Shown: positions 17,623-26,224 of the stretch, piece by piece
Layout of the letters: each line of letters starts with the position of its first letter
Numbering within the stretch: the first letter of the stretch is position 1
DNA from: Candidatus Methylomirabilota bacterium
Lineage (GTDB): Bacteria > Methylomirabilota > Methylomirabilia > Rokubacteriales > CSP1-6
Assembly (NCBI GenBank): GCA_046726415.1
Contig: JBKPAK010000108.1
Span: forward strand, 1 to 43,701
Reading direction: 5' to 3'
Length of the DNA: 43,701 nucleotides
Notes under the pieces: generated by a model
The model's database searches: none
Told to the model about the DNA's origin: nothing
What the model saw: the letters and a program-made list of their open reading frames with translations, nothing else
Program-made: the position numbers and the translations under genes

Positions 17623-20308
17623 GGGGCCCTCCTCCCGACGCGTCGCGCTCCTTGATGCGAGCCTGGGCGGCGGACAGCCGGGCAATGGGCAGCATGAACG
17701 GCGAGCACGACACGTAGCTCATCCGCACGCGGTGACAGAACTCGACCGACGAGGGTTCCCCCCCGTGTTCGCCGCAGATGCCCACCTTGAGATCGGCCCG
17801 CGCGCGTCGGCCACGCTCGATGCCGATCCGGATCAGCTCCCCGACTCCTTCCTGATCCAGGACGGAGAAGGGATCGTGAGCTACCAGCCCCTTGTCGAGG
17901 TAGTGGGGCAGGAACTTCCCGATATCGTCCCGGCTGTACCCGTACGTCATCTGGGTCAGGTCATTGGTGCCGAACGAGAAGAACTCCGCGTAGCGGGCCA
18001 GCTGGTCGGCAATGAGCGCGGCGCGGGGCACCTCGATCATCGTCCCGATCAGGTACTTCACGGGCACGCCCAGCTCGGCGATGACGCCATCGGCCACCGC
18101 CTTCGTCGTCTCGTAGGTCAGCTTCATCTCCCCGATCGTCCCAGTGAGCGGGATCATGATTTCCGGCTCGACCTTCACGCCCTGCTCGGTGACCGTGCAG
18201 GCGGCCTCCATGATGGCGCGCACCTGCATGCCGTAGATCTCGGGGAAGGTAACGCCGAGGCGGCAGCCGCGGTGGCCGAGCATGGGATTCGCCTCCTGCA
18301 GCGATCGCACCTTGGCCATCATCCCTTCGAGGTGTTCGCGGGCCATGCTGCGCGCATCGAGTCGCGCGTGCTCCTCGACCAGATCCGTGTACTTGGGCAA
18401 GAACTCGTGCAGTGGCGGATCGAGCAGCCGGATGGTCACCGGCAGGCCGTCCATGGCGCTGAAGATGCCGATGAAGTCTTCGCGCTGGAACGGGAGGAGC
18501 TTGGCCACCGCCGCGCGCCGCGTGGTGGAGTCGGAGGCCATGATCATCTCCCGCACGAGCGGGATGCGATCGCTGGCGAAGAACATGTGCTCGGTGCGAA
18601 TCAGCCCGATCCCCTCCGCTCCGAATTCGCGCGCCTTGCGGGCGTCCTCGGGCGTGTCGGCGTTGGCCCGCACCCCGATGGTGCGCGCCGCATCGGCCCA
18701 GGCCAAGAACTCCTCGACCTCCTGGGACAGCGCGGGGGGCAGCAGCTTCACCGCGTCGAGGATCACCTCACCGGTGTCCCCGTCGAGGGCGATGATGTCC
18801 CCCTCACGCACGATCCGCCCTCCCGCCTCGAAGGCCCGGCGTTCCTCATCGACGGCGATGTCTCCCGCTCCCACCACACACGACTTGCCCATGCCGACGG
18901 CCACCACAGCGGCGTGCGAAGTGCGGCCGCCCCGCGAGGTGACGATGCCCTCCGCCGCATACATCCCCGCCACGTCCTCCGGGGACGTCTCGGCGCGAAC
19001 CAGGATCACCGGCTTCGCGCCCCCCTTGGCCAGCTCGACCGCACGGTCCGCGTCGAAGACCGCGTGTCCCACGGCGCCGCCCGGCGAGGCGGGCAGCCCG
19101 CGGGCGAGCAGGCGCCCAGCGGCGACGGCCCCCTCTCTGTCCTGGGGGTCGAGAGCCGGCAGGAACAGCTTTCGCAGTTCCCAGGGAGCCACGCGAAGCA
19201 ATGCGGTGTCGCGATCGATGACGTGCTCACGCACGAGGTCCACCGCCACGCGGACGGCGGCGCGGGCCGCGCGCTTGCCCGCGCGCGTCTGGAGCAGGTA
19301 GAGCTTGCCCTCCTGGATGGTGAACTCGATGTCCTGCATGTCTTTGTAGTGGCGCTCGAGTCGGCCGGCGATGCCCAGCAGTTCGTCGTAGATCACCGGC
19401 ATCCGCCGCCGGAGATCGTCGATGTGCTCCGGGGTGCGGATCCCCGCCACCACATCCTCGCCTTGCGCGTTGGCCAGAAACTCGGCATAGAACCGCCGCT
19501 CACCCGTGCGCGGATCGCGGGTGAAGCCGACGCCGGTGCCCGAGTTCTCGCCGAGGTTGCCGAAGACCATGGACATCACGGTGACGGCGGTTCCCCAGTC
19601 GGCGGGGATGCCGTTGATGCGCCGGTACTCTTCGGCCTTCTTGGCAAACCACGAGTCGAAGACGGCATTGATGGACAGGCGCAGTTGCTCGCGGGGATCC
19701 TCGGGAAAGGGTGTCGAGGTGCGTTCGGCGACGAGGTTCTTGTAGGTCTGCACGAGCGTCCGCAGTTCTTCGGCGGGCACCTCGGGATCGGTCTTCACGC
19801 CAAGGCGGCGCTTGACGGCGCCAAGCTCCTCTTCGAACACCTCGCGCTTGATGCGCAGCACCACCGTGCCGAACATCGCAATGAAGCGGCGATAGCAATC
19901 CCAGGCGAAGCGCGCGTTATCGGTGCGGGCGGCCAACCCCTCCACCGTGGCATCGTTCAGACCCAGGTTGAGGATGGTCTCCATCATGCCGGGCATCGAC
20001 ACGCGGGCACCCGACCGGACCGATACCAGCAGCGGGCGATCGCTGGCGCCGAAGCCACCAGTCGTCATCGCCTCCAGCTTCTGCAGATTCTCGAGAATCT
20101 CTTCCCAAAGCCCGTCCGCGTACCGACCACCGCTTCGCTTGTACTCGGCCCACGCCTGGGTGGTGATGGTGAAGCCCGGCGGCACCGGGATCCCCAGGTT
20201 GGTCATCTCGGCGAGCTCGCAACCCTTCCCCCCGAGGAGGTTCCGCATCAACGACGAGCCTTCCGCCTTGCCATCTCCGAAGAAGTACACGTATTTGGCC
20301 ATGGGCAT
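17615..20308 (-). CDS. ppdK: Pyruvate, phosphate dikinase
   Basis: LLGGKG, SVRSGARVSMPGMM, AQGEDVVAGIRTP, phospho-His motif GGRTSHAAVVA, SFGTNDLTQ and GICGEHGG. Start at 20308 or 20302. Confidence 0.97.
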   Translation of the reverse strand: MPMAKYVYFFGDGKAEGSSLMRNLLGGKGCELAEMTNLGIPVPPGFTITTQAWAEYKRSGGRYADGLWEEILENLQKLEAMTTGGFGASDRPLLVSVRSGARVSMPGMMETILNLGLNDATVEGLAARTDNARFAWDCYRRFIAMFGTVVLRIKREVFEEELGAVKRRLGVKTDPEVPAEELRTLVQTYKNLVAERTSTPFPEDPREQLRLSINAVFDSWFAKKAEEYRRINGIPADWGTAVTVMSMVFGNLGENSGTGVGFTRDPRTGERRFYAEFLANAQGEDVVAGIRTPEHIDDLRRRMPVIYDELLGIAGRLERHYKDMQDIEFTIQEGKLYLLQTRAGKRAARAAVRVAVDLVREHVIDRDTALLRVAPWELRKLFLPALDPQDREGAVAAGRLLARGLPASPGGAVGHAVFDADRAVELAKGGAKPVILVRAETSPEDVAGMYAAEGIVTSRGGRTSHAAVVAVGMGKSCVVGAGDIAVDEERRAFEAGGRIVREGDIIALDGDTGEVILDAVKLLPPALSQEVEEFLAWADAARTIGVRANADTPEDARKAREFGAEGIGLIRTEHMFFASDRIPLVREMIMASDSTTRRAAVAKLLPFQREDFIGIFSAMDGLPVTIRLLDPPLHEFLPKYTDLVEEHARLDARSMAREHLEGMMAKVRSLQEANPMLGHRGCRLGVTFPEIYGMQVRAIMEAACTVTEQGVKVEPEIMIPLTGTIGEMKLTYETTKAVADGVIAELGVPVKYLIGTMIEVPRAALIADQLARYAEFFSFGTNDLTQMTYGYSRDDIGKFLPHYLDKGLVAHDPFSVLDQEGVGELIRIGIERGRRARADLKVGICGEHGGEPSSVEFCHRVRMSYVSCSPFMLPIARLSAAQARIKERDASGGGPRG

Positions 20309-20352
20309 GAGTCTCCGTCGGCGATCTACCGCAGGAAGAAAAAAGTCTTTGG

Positions 20353-20382
20353 ATTCTAGCGGATGGCCAACACTAGTGTCAA
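20353..20382 (-). promoter_or_regulatory. Sigma70 promoter immediately upstream of ppdK
   Basis: Minus strand TTGACA (20377-20382), 18-nt spacer, TAGAAT (20353-20358). Confidence 0.65.
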
Positions 20383-20470
20383 TGCTTCCCCGCCTGTCCG
20401 CCGTCATGACTTTCCCTGCGCCTCTCCTTCGACCGACGAAGCGAACGCGTGAGCGCCCACGAAGACTCCC

Positions 20471-20508
20471 AAAAACAAAGGGCCACGGGATGAGAACCCG
20501 TGGCCCTT
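20471..20508 (-). terminator. Rho-independent terminator (attenuator 3:4 hairpin)
   Basis: Minus strand AAGGGCCACGGG-ttctcat-CCCGTGGCCCTT, a 12-bp perfect stem running into TGTTTTT. Confidence 0.88.
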
Positions 20509-20561
20509 CACAACTCGTCAGGCGCCACGGGCTTGCTCCTGCCCGCAGCACCCGGCGTCGT

Positions 20562-20645
20562 CTAGATCGCCGATGCTCCGGGCAGGCCCGGCAGCGCCAG
20601 GGTAATCAGTCCCAGCGACAGCACGCGCGCCGTCGACGCCTTCAT
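20562..20645 (-). CDS. Leu/Ile/Val-rich leader peptide (ilv/leu attenuator), 27 aa MKASTARVLSLGLITLALPGLPGASAI
   Basis: Hand translation ATG to TAG with 6 Leu, 2 Ile and 1 Val. Followed by alternative hairpins and a terminator, upstream of ilv/leu genes. Confidence 0.8.
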   Translation of the reverse strand: MKASTARVLSLGLITLALPGLPGASAI

Positions 20646-20653
20646 TGCCGAAG

Positions 20654-20683
20654 AATATACCGTCGCGCCGCGATGCACGTCAA
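20654..20683 (-). promoter_or_regulatory. Promoter of the leader peptide (probably leaderless transcript)
   Basis: TTGACG (20678-20683), 18-nt spacer, TATATT (20654-20659). The -10 is 8 nt before the ATG and there is no SD. Confidence 0.7.
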
Positions 20684-20876
20684 CCGCTTCGTGAAATGAC
20701 TGCTGGCGCTCTGACTGCTGCGTGAAATGACGCTCGCTTCGCGGTCGTCGAGGAGCCCATCGGAGTGCCGTCGTTCACTCGCGTACCGGATCCGCGGCAA
20801 CCGTATCGCACGTCGCCCTAGCGGGAGGGGTTGGGGGGATCAGGGGCCCTTGTACCCTCACGGGCCCGTCAGCCTG

Positions 20877-21644
20877 CTAGCGCGCGCTCTCGGGGCCGCC
20901 CAGGACCAGAGCCTCCACAGCCACCAGGTGATCGCGCATCGCGCGCTCGGCGGAGGCCGGCTGTCGTTCGGCAATCGCCTGCAGGATGCGTCGATGGTCT
21001 TCGTGCGAGCGCGTGGGTCGTCCCGGCGTGTTCAGCGATTCTTCGCGGCTCTGCGTGAGCAGATCCATCACCGCGTGCGCGATGCGCGTGATGGCTTCAT
21101 TGTGGGCGGCGCGCCCGATGGCCGCATGGAACTCCGCGTCCTGCGCGAAGCCGGTGCGCCCCGCCACCACCTCGCGCGCCTGGTCCTCGAGGATCCGCTC
21201 CATCTCCTGGATCTCATCGGGGGTGGCCCGCGCCGCGGCCAGCCCCGCGATGGCGGGCTCGAGCAGTCGCCGGGCCTCGAACAGTTCAGCCAGCGCCTCG
21301 CGCTGGGACACCATCACCAGGGCGAGCGGCTCCACCAGCCGATCGACGGACATCTCGCGGATGAAGGTCCCCTCCCCGGGCCGGATCTCCACGAGTCCCA
21401 GGCTTTCCAGGGCGCGCAACGCCTCGCGCACCGAGGTCCGGCTCACGAGGAACTTCTCGGCCAGCTCTCGTTCAGGGGGCAGGCGGTCCCCGCTGGTCAG
21501 CCGCCCCTCGGCGATCATGGTCTTGATCTGGCGGACAATCTCCTCGTAGATGCGCGTCGATCGGATCGGCACCAGATGCACGCCCCGTTCGCCTTCCGGT
21601 CCCCTGGGCCCGCCCTCCGGAGCGCTGCGTCGGTCGGCCGCCAT
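20877..21644 (-). CDS. GntR family, FadR subfamily transcriptional regulator
   Basis: GDRLPPERELAEKFLVSRTSVREAL HTH and FCD domain (DAEFHAAI...AHN, EDHRRI...MRDHL). Start at 21644 (ATG) or 21581 (GTG). Confidence 0.93.
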   Translation of the reverse strand: MAADRRSAPEGGPRGPEGERGVHLVPIRSTRIYEEIVRQIKTMIAEGRLTSGDRLPPERELAEKFLVSRTSVREALRALESLGLVEIRPGEGTFIREMSVDRLVEPLALVMVSQREALAELFEARRLLEPAIAGLAAARATPDEIQEMERILEDQAREVVAGRTGFAQDAEFHAAIGRAAHNEAITRIAHAVMDLLTQSREESLNTPGRPTRSHEDHRRILQAIAERQPASAERAMRDHLVAVEALVLGGPESAR

Positions 21645-22080
21645 CAGCGGTTCACGAGGGTCGGGGCGCCGGGTCCGCCACGCGCGCGAACCGGCCAACC
21701 TTCGGAGGTTCTCTCAGCGAGCAGGTACCACCAGCCCAGTGCGGCAAGGCCGATGCCGAGCGCGATGGGCAAGGGCAGCCGCGCAGACCACGCGATGCCC
21801 AAGACCACCAATATGAGGTGGCCGTGCGCCACCGCCGCCAGCGCGTTGTCCAGACGCATCACCACGTCGGCCACGACGATAATCCACATGGCCTCCATCA
21901 GCGCGGTGCCGTGGCGCCACGTGACCGCCCTCGCCGCCTCCGACATCCCGACAAACGAGCGTGAGGGCAATCCAGATCGGGAGAAGACCACCGGCGACTC
22001 GCCGGAGCGGAAGGCGCAAGAGAACGGTGATGATCGCGATGGAGACCAGGCCAGAATGCGGGCTCGAGCCGGGATGACAT
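21644..22080 (-). pseudogene. Decayed TerC/YjbE-family membrane protein
   Basis: Fragments in three frames: MSSRLEPAFW; IAIITVLLRLPLRRVAGGLLPIWIAL; EAMWIIVVADVVMRLDNAL...HGHLILVVLGIA (cf. the TerC DxVMSLDN motif). Far shorter than an intact gene. Confidence 0.72.
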
Positions 22081-22095
22081 GACGGCGACCTGTCC

Positions 22096-23613
22096 TCAGG
22101 TCCCCCCCAGAGGGTGGGCGACGCGGCTTCCTCGAAAGCGCTGCCACCACGGCGTCAGCACCGGGAGCAAGAAGAAGAAGACAGCCAGGGCGCTGATGAG
22201 ACCCGCGATGGGGCGTGTCGCGAAGATGGCCAGGGACCCCTGAGACATGATGAGACTCTGGCGAAGCGCATTTTCGGCCAAGTCGCCGAGGACCAGCGCG
22301 AGCACCAGCGGAGCCAACGGATAGTCGAGCTTCTTGAACACGTAGCCCACCACGCCAAACACCAACATGTACCACACATCGATCATGCTGCTGTGGACCG
22401 CGTAGGCGCCGATCGCGCACACCACCACGATGAGGGGAGTGAGGATGGCAAACGGAACGCGGAGGATCGCCGCGAAGCACGGCACGAAGAGCAACACCAT
22501 GAGCACGCCGATGATGTTGCCGGTGTACATGCTCGCGATGAGCCCCCACACGAACTCCGGCCTCTCCTTGAAGAGGAGCGGCCCCGGCTGCAGCCCCCAG
22601 ATGATGAGCCCTCCCAGCATGACGGCGGCCGTGGGTGAGCCCGGGATGCCGAGCGTGATCATGGGGAGGATGGCTGCCACCCCGGCGGAGTGCGCAGCCG
22701 TCTCCGGGGCCACGATCCCCTCCAACTCGCCCTTGCCGAACCGCTCCGGGTGCTTCGAGAACCGCTTGGCGAAGGCGTAGCTCATGAAGGACGCCGGGGT
22801 CGCTCCGCCGGGTTTGAAGCCCATCCAGAAGCCGATCACGGAGCCACGGATAAAGGTCCGCGTGTAGCGGGGGAGCACCTTCCAGGTGTCGAGCACCACG
22901 CGCGGGTTCATCCCCGTGCGCGCCCCGTGGAAACGCAGTCCCTCCTCGACGGAGAGCAGGATCTCTCCGATCCCGAAGAGGCCGATCACCGCGATGACGA
23001 AGTCGAACCCCTTCATGAGATCGGTGACGCCGAAGGTCAGGCGAAGTTGCCCGGTCACGATGTCCAGTCCGACGGTGGCGAGGATGAAGCCGAGGAGAAT
23101 GGAGACAAACGACTTCAGCGGATTGCCGCCGCCGAGGCCGATGAAGCTCGAGAAGGTCAGGAGCTGGATGGCGAAGAACTCCGGTGGGCCGAACTTCAAA
23201 GCCAGCTCGGCGAGGAGGGGCGCAAAGAAGGTGATGAGGACGATGGAGAAGAAGGCGCCGACGAACGACGAGCTGAAGGCTGCGGTCAGCGCCTGCCCCC
23301 CCTGTCCCTGGCGCGCCAGGGGATAGCCATCGAAGGTGGTGGCCACAGACCAGGGTTCCCCAGGGATGTTAAAGAGGATCGACGTGATGGCCCCGCCAAA
23401 GAGCGCGCCCCAGTAAATCGAGGTCAGGAGGATGATGGCCGAGGTGGGCGGCATCGTGAAGGTGAGGGGGAGCAAGATGGCCACGCCGTTGGCTCCCCCC
23501 AGCCCCGGCAGAACGCCGATGACCGTCCCCAGCAGCACCCCGACCACCGCGATGCCGAGATTGAAGGGCGTGATGGCGACCGAGAAGCCCATCACGAGGT
23601 TCTCGAGTCCCAC
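22096..23613 (-). CDS. tctA: Tripartite tricarboxylate transporter large permease
   Basis: GVLPGLG, SILFNIPGEP...TTFDGYPLA, GIVAPETA and LGIPGSPTAAVMLG. Confidence 0.95.
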   Translation of the reverse strand: MGLENLVMGFSVAITPFNLGIAVVGVLLGTVIGVLPGLGGANGVAILLPLTFTMPPTSAIILLTSIYWGALFGGAITSILFNIPGEPWSVATTFDGYPLARQGQGGQALTAAFSSSFVGAFFSIVLITFFAPLLAELALKFGPPEFFAIQLLTFSSFIGLGGGNPLKSFVSILLGFILATVGLDIVTGQLRLTFGVTDLMKGFDFVIAVIGLFGIGEILLSVEEGLRFHGARTGMNPRVVLDTWKVLPRYTRTFIRGSVIGFWMGFKPGGATPASFMSYAFAKRFSKHPERFGKGELEGIVAPETAAHSAGVAAILPMITLGIPGSPTAAVMLGGLIIWGLQPGPLLFKERPEFVWGLIASMYTGNIIGVLMVLLFVPCFAAILRVPFAILTPLIVVVCAIGAYAVHSSMIDVWYMLVFGVVGYVFKKLDYPLAPLVLALVLGDLAENALRQSLIMSQGSLAIFATRPIAGLISALAVFFFLLPVLTPWWQRFRGSRVAHPLGGT

Positions 23614-23616
23614 CCG

Positions 23617-24078
23617 TCAGTACCCGAGCCATGCCTCCAGGGGTCCCTTCGGCATGGGCACGAGGAACCACTGGTCGAAGACCACGAAAGCTACCACGGC
23701 GGTGCCGATGGCGCAGGCCAGCGTGGCCAGCCACGAGTGGTGGCCAATCCAGCGCATGTAGGTGGCGATGTAGAGGGCGGCGGCGACGTAGAGGCCGAGC
23801 CACTGCGTGAGCAGTACGAGGCCCACGGCCGGCAGAAGGACTTTGAGGACCAAGGCTAATTTTGCGCGCGTGACGAAGGGGTCACGGCCGCCCCGCCGCC
23901 ACGCCTGCACCATGGTGGCCGCGCAGGTCGCCACCATGAGCAATCCCAGCCAAAACGGAAAGAACCCGCTCTTGGGCCCGTCCGTCCCCCACCCGCTGCC
24001 GAGGCGGACGGCGTCGAACACGACGACGCCGCCCACCAGCATCAACAGCGCCGCAGTGATGAAGTCGGCGCGCCGCAT
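23617..24078 (-). CDS. tctB: Tripartite tricarboxylate transporter small permease
   Basis: GPKSGFFPFWLG, 4-5 TM helices and C-terminal VPMPKG; lies between tctC and tctA. Confidence 0.9.
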   Translation of the reverse strand: MRRADFITAALLMLVGGVVVFDAVRLGSGWGTDGPKSGFFPFWLGLLMVATCAATMVQAWRRGGRDPFVTRAKLALVLKVLLPAVGLVLLTQWLGLYVAAALYIATYMRWIGHHSWLATLACAIGTAVVAFVVFDQWFLVPMPKGPLEAWLGY

Positions 24079-25062
24079 TTACTTCTTCAGCAACCCGCCC
24101 TTCGCCATCAGGTCCTTGTGGAGCTGCTCAGCCCCCTCGAGCCACTTCACGTACTCGGGACCGGTGGCGAACGCCCCCTTGAGCGCGCCCTTGTGCAGGT
24201 AGTCCTGGAACTCCGGGCTGTCGTACACCTTTTTCAGGAGACTGACGTACCAGTCCACGGCATCCTTGGGCAGGTCGGGAGTCCCGAAGATCCCGCGCAG
24301 CATCTGGTACTGGAGATCCAAGCCGAGAGCTTCGTTGACCGTCGGGATTTCCTTCCAGTCCGGGTCGGGGATCCGCTCGGGGTCGAAGACGGCCAGCGGA
24401 CGAACGCGACCGGCCTTCCAGTGGCTGACGCACTCGATGGGATTGTTGACCGTCGAGTCCACGTGCTTGCCCACGAGATTGACGCACACCTCACCGCCGC
24501 CCCGGAATGGCACATAGGTGAACTTCACGCCTGTCCCCTGCTCGAGCTGGACGGTGATGATCTGGTCTTCCTGGGCGGAGCCGGTGCCCCCCATCTTCAT
24601 CCGATTGTCGCCGCCGGCGCGATCCTTGGCCGCCGCAATATATTCCTTGGCCGTCTTGTACGGCGTCTCGGCATTCACCCAGAGGATGAAGCGGTCGAGG
24701 GCCAGGCGGGCGATGGGCGTCAGGTCCTTCCAGTTGAAGGGCACCCCCGTGTGCAGGGGCGTCGTGAAGAGGTTCGAGAGGGTGATGATGATGGTGTGCG
24801 GATCGCCCTTCTTGCCTTTCACGTAGAGAAAGCCCTCGGCGCCAGCGCCGCCAGCCTTGTTGACCACGACGATCGGCTTCGGAGAGAGCTTGTTCTTCTC
24901 GACGATCCCGGCGATGAGCCGTGCCATCTGGTCAGCGCCCCCGCCGGTCCCCGCGGGGACGATGAACTCGATCGGCCGCGTGGGCTCCCACGCAGCCTGC
25001 GCCGGACCAACCCCAGCGACCGCGGCCCAGGCCACGACAATCACGAGCGCGATTGATTTCAT
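24079..25062 (-). CDS. tctC: Tripartite tricarboxylate transporter substrate-binding protein (Bug/TctC)
   Basis: Signal peptide, PAGTGGGADQMAR, VVNKAGGAG and VPFRGGG. Confidence 0.93.
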   Translation of the reverse strand: MKSIALVIVVAWAAVAGVGPAQAAWEPTRPIEFIVPAGTGGGADQMARLIAGIVEKNKLSPKPIVVVNKAGGAGAEGFLYVKGKKGDPHTIIITLSNLFTTPLHTGVPFNWKDLTPIARLALDRFILWVNAETPYKTAKEYIAAAKDRAGGDNRMKMGGTGSAQEDQIITVQLEQGTGVKFTYVPFRGGGEVCVNLVGKHVDSTVNNPIECVSHWKAGRVRPLAVFDPERIPDPDWKEIPTVNEALGLDLQYQMLRGIFGTPDLPKDAVDWYVSLLKKVYDSPEFQDYLHKGALKGAFATGPEYVKWLEGAEQLHKDLMAKGGLLKK

Positions 25063-25182
25063 GTGACGTTCCTCCTCAGCGCTGAGAAAGACTCCGCCCT
25101 ACGAAACAAGCCGGGGTCAAGCGCCGTTCCGCGCCTGACCCCGCCTCTCACGCGCGGGTGGTTGCAGACCGACCACGCACTC

Positions 25183-26214
25183 CTACTGAGCGCTGAGGGC
25201 AGCCTTCGTCGCCTCGAGCCGCCGGAAGGGAACGACGGCCGGGATCTCCCACGTGTCCCACATCTGATCGACCTTGGCCTGGAAGTATCCCAGGTCCTCC
25301 TCCGTGAAGTGGGCGAACCGCCCTTGCTTCAGGAGGTACTCGCGCACGGGCTTCCGCTTGCGTCCGTCGACGAGGGCCCGGGTCTTGCCGTAGTACTTGA
25401 CCACGCCGTCCTCGACCTCGTAGAGCGGGAACAAGCCCGTCTCGATGGCCAGCTCGCCCATCTCGTGGGACAGCATGGGATCGTAGTCCCAGCCCTTCGG
25501 GCACGGGTCCAGCGAGTGGATGAACGTCGGACCCCCGATGGTCAGGGCCCGGCGCACCTTGTTCATCATCTCCACCGCGTACGACGCGCACACGGTCGCC
25601 ACGTAGCGGCATTCTGGGTGCCCAGCCGCCATCATTCCCGCCATGTTCTTCTTCCAGCGGGTGTGGATGATGCGCTTGGCTTTGCCGGGCGGACTGAATG
25701 TCGTGTGGGCACCGTACGGCGTCATGCCCGAGAGCTGGATGTCGGTGTTGGCGTACGACTCATTGTCGTACAGCAGGATCAGGGAGTTGTATTCCTTGTG
25801 GGTCAAGGTCGCCGAGATGGCGCCGATGCCCATGTCGGCGCCTCCGCCGTCACCGCAGAAGGCGATGACGTTGATGGGCTCGGCCTTAATCTTGCCCTTG
25901 TTCATGAGGGACTTGAGTCCGGCCGCCGTCCCCAGCGCTGCCGAGCCGGAGGAGCCGAGCTGGGTGTGCATCCATGGCACCACCCACGGGGTCGTGTAGT
26001 ACGTGGTGTTGGCCACGTACATGCACCCGGTCGAACCCAGCACGATGGTGCGCGGGCCGGCGGCCTTGACCATGAGCTTCATAACCAGAGCCGACTCGCA
26101 GCCCTGGCAGGTCCGATGGCCCGACGTGAAGTACTCCTCGATGGTGACCCTCTTGATTCCCCGGAAGGGCTCGAGGATCTGCGTGGCGTTCGTAAATGTG
26201 GTCGTCTCGGCCAT
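25183..26214 (-). CDS. oorB: 2-oxoacid:ferredoxin oxidoreductase beta subunit (TPP-binding), oxalate oxidoreductase-like
   Basis: GHRTCQGC, TGCMYVANT, GDGG...YDNESYANT and PCPKGW. ATG at 26214. Confidence 0.8.
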   Translation of the reverse strand: MAETTTFTNATQILEPFRGIKRVTIEEYFTSGHRTCQGCESALVMKLMVKAAGPRTIVLGSTGCMYVANTTYYTTPWVVPWMHTQLGSSGSAALGTAAGLKSLMNKGKIKAEPINVIAFCGDGGGADMGIGAISATLTHKEYNSLILLYDNESYANTDIQLSGMTPYGAHTTFSPPGKAKRIIHTRWKKNMAGMMAAGHPECRYVATVCASYAVEMMNKVRRALTIGGPTFIHSLDPCPKGWDYDPMLSHEMGELAIETGLFPLYEVEDGVVKYYGKTRALVDGRKRKPVREYLLKQGRFAHFTEEDLGYFQAKVDQMWDTWEIPAVVPFRRLEATKAALSAQ

Positions 26215-26224
26215 GGGTGCTCTC

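Noticed and set aside
20309-20551. In-frame N-terminal extension of ppdK in the ORF track
   Set aside because: It runs through the promoter and terminator; PpdK homology starts at MAKYVYFF, with an SD before 20308.
25159-25175. TGGTTGCAGACCGACCA between oorB and tctC as a third FadR site
   Set aside because: Only a half-site matches, spacing differs from GGTCnGACC, and no convincing promoter is nearby.
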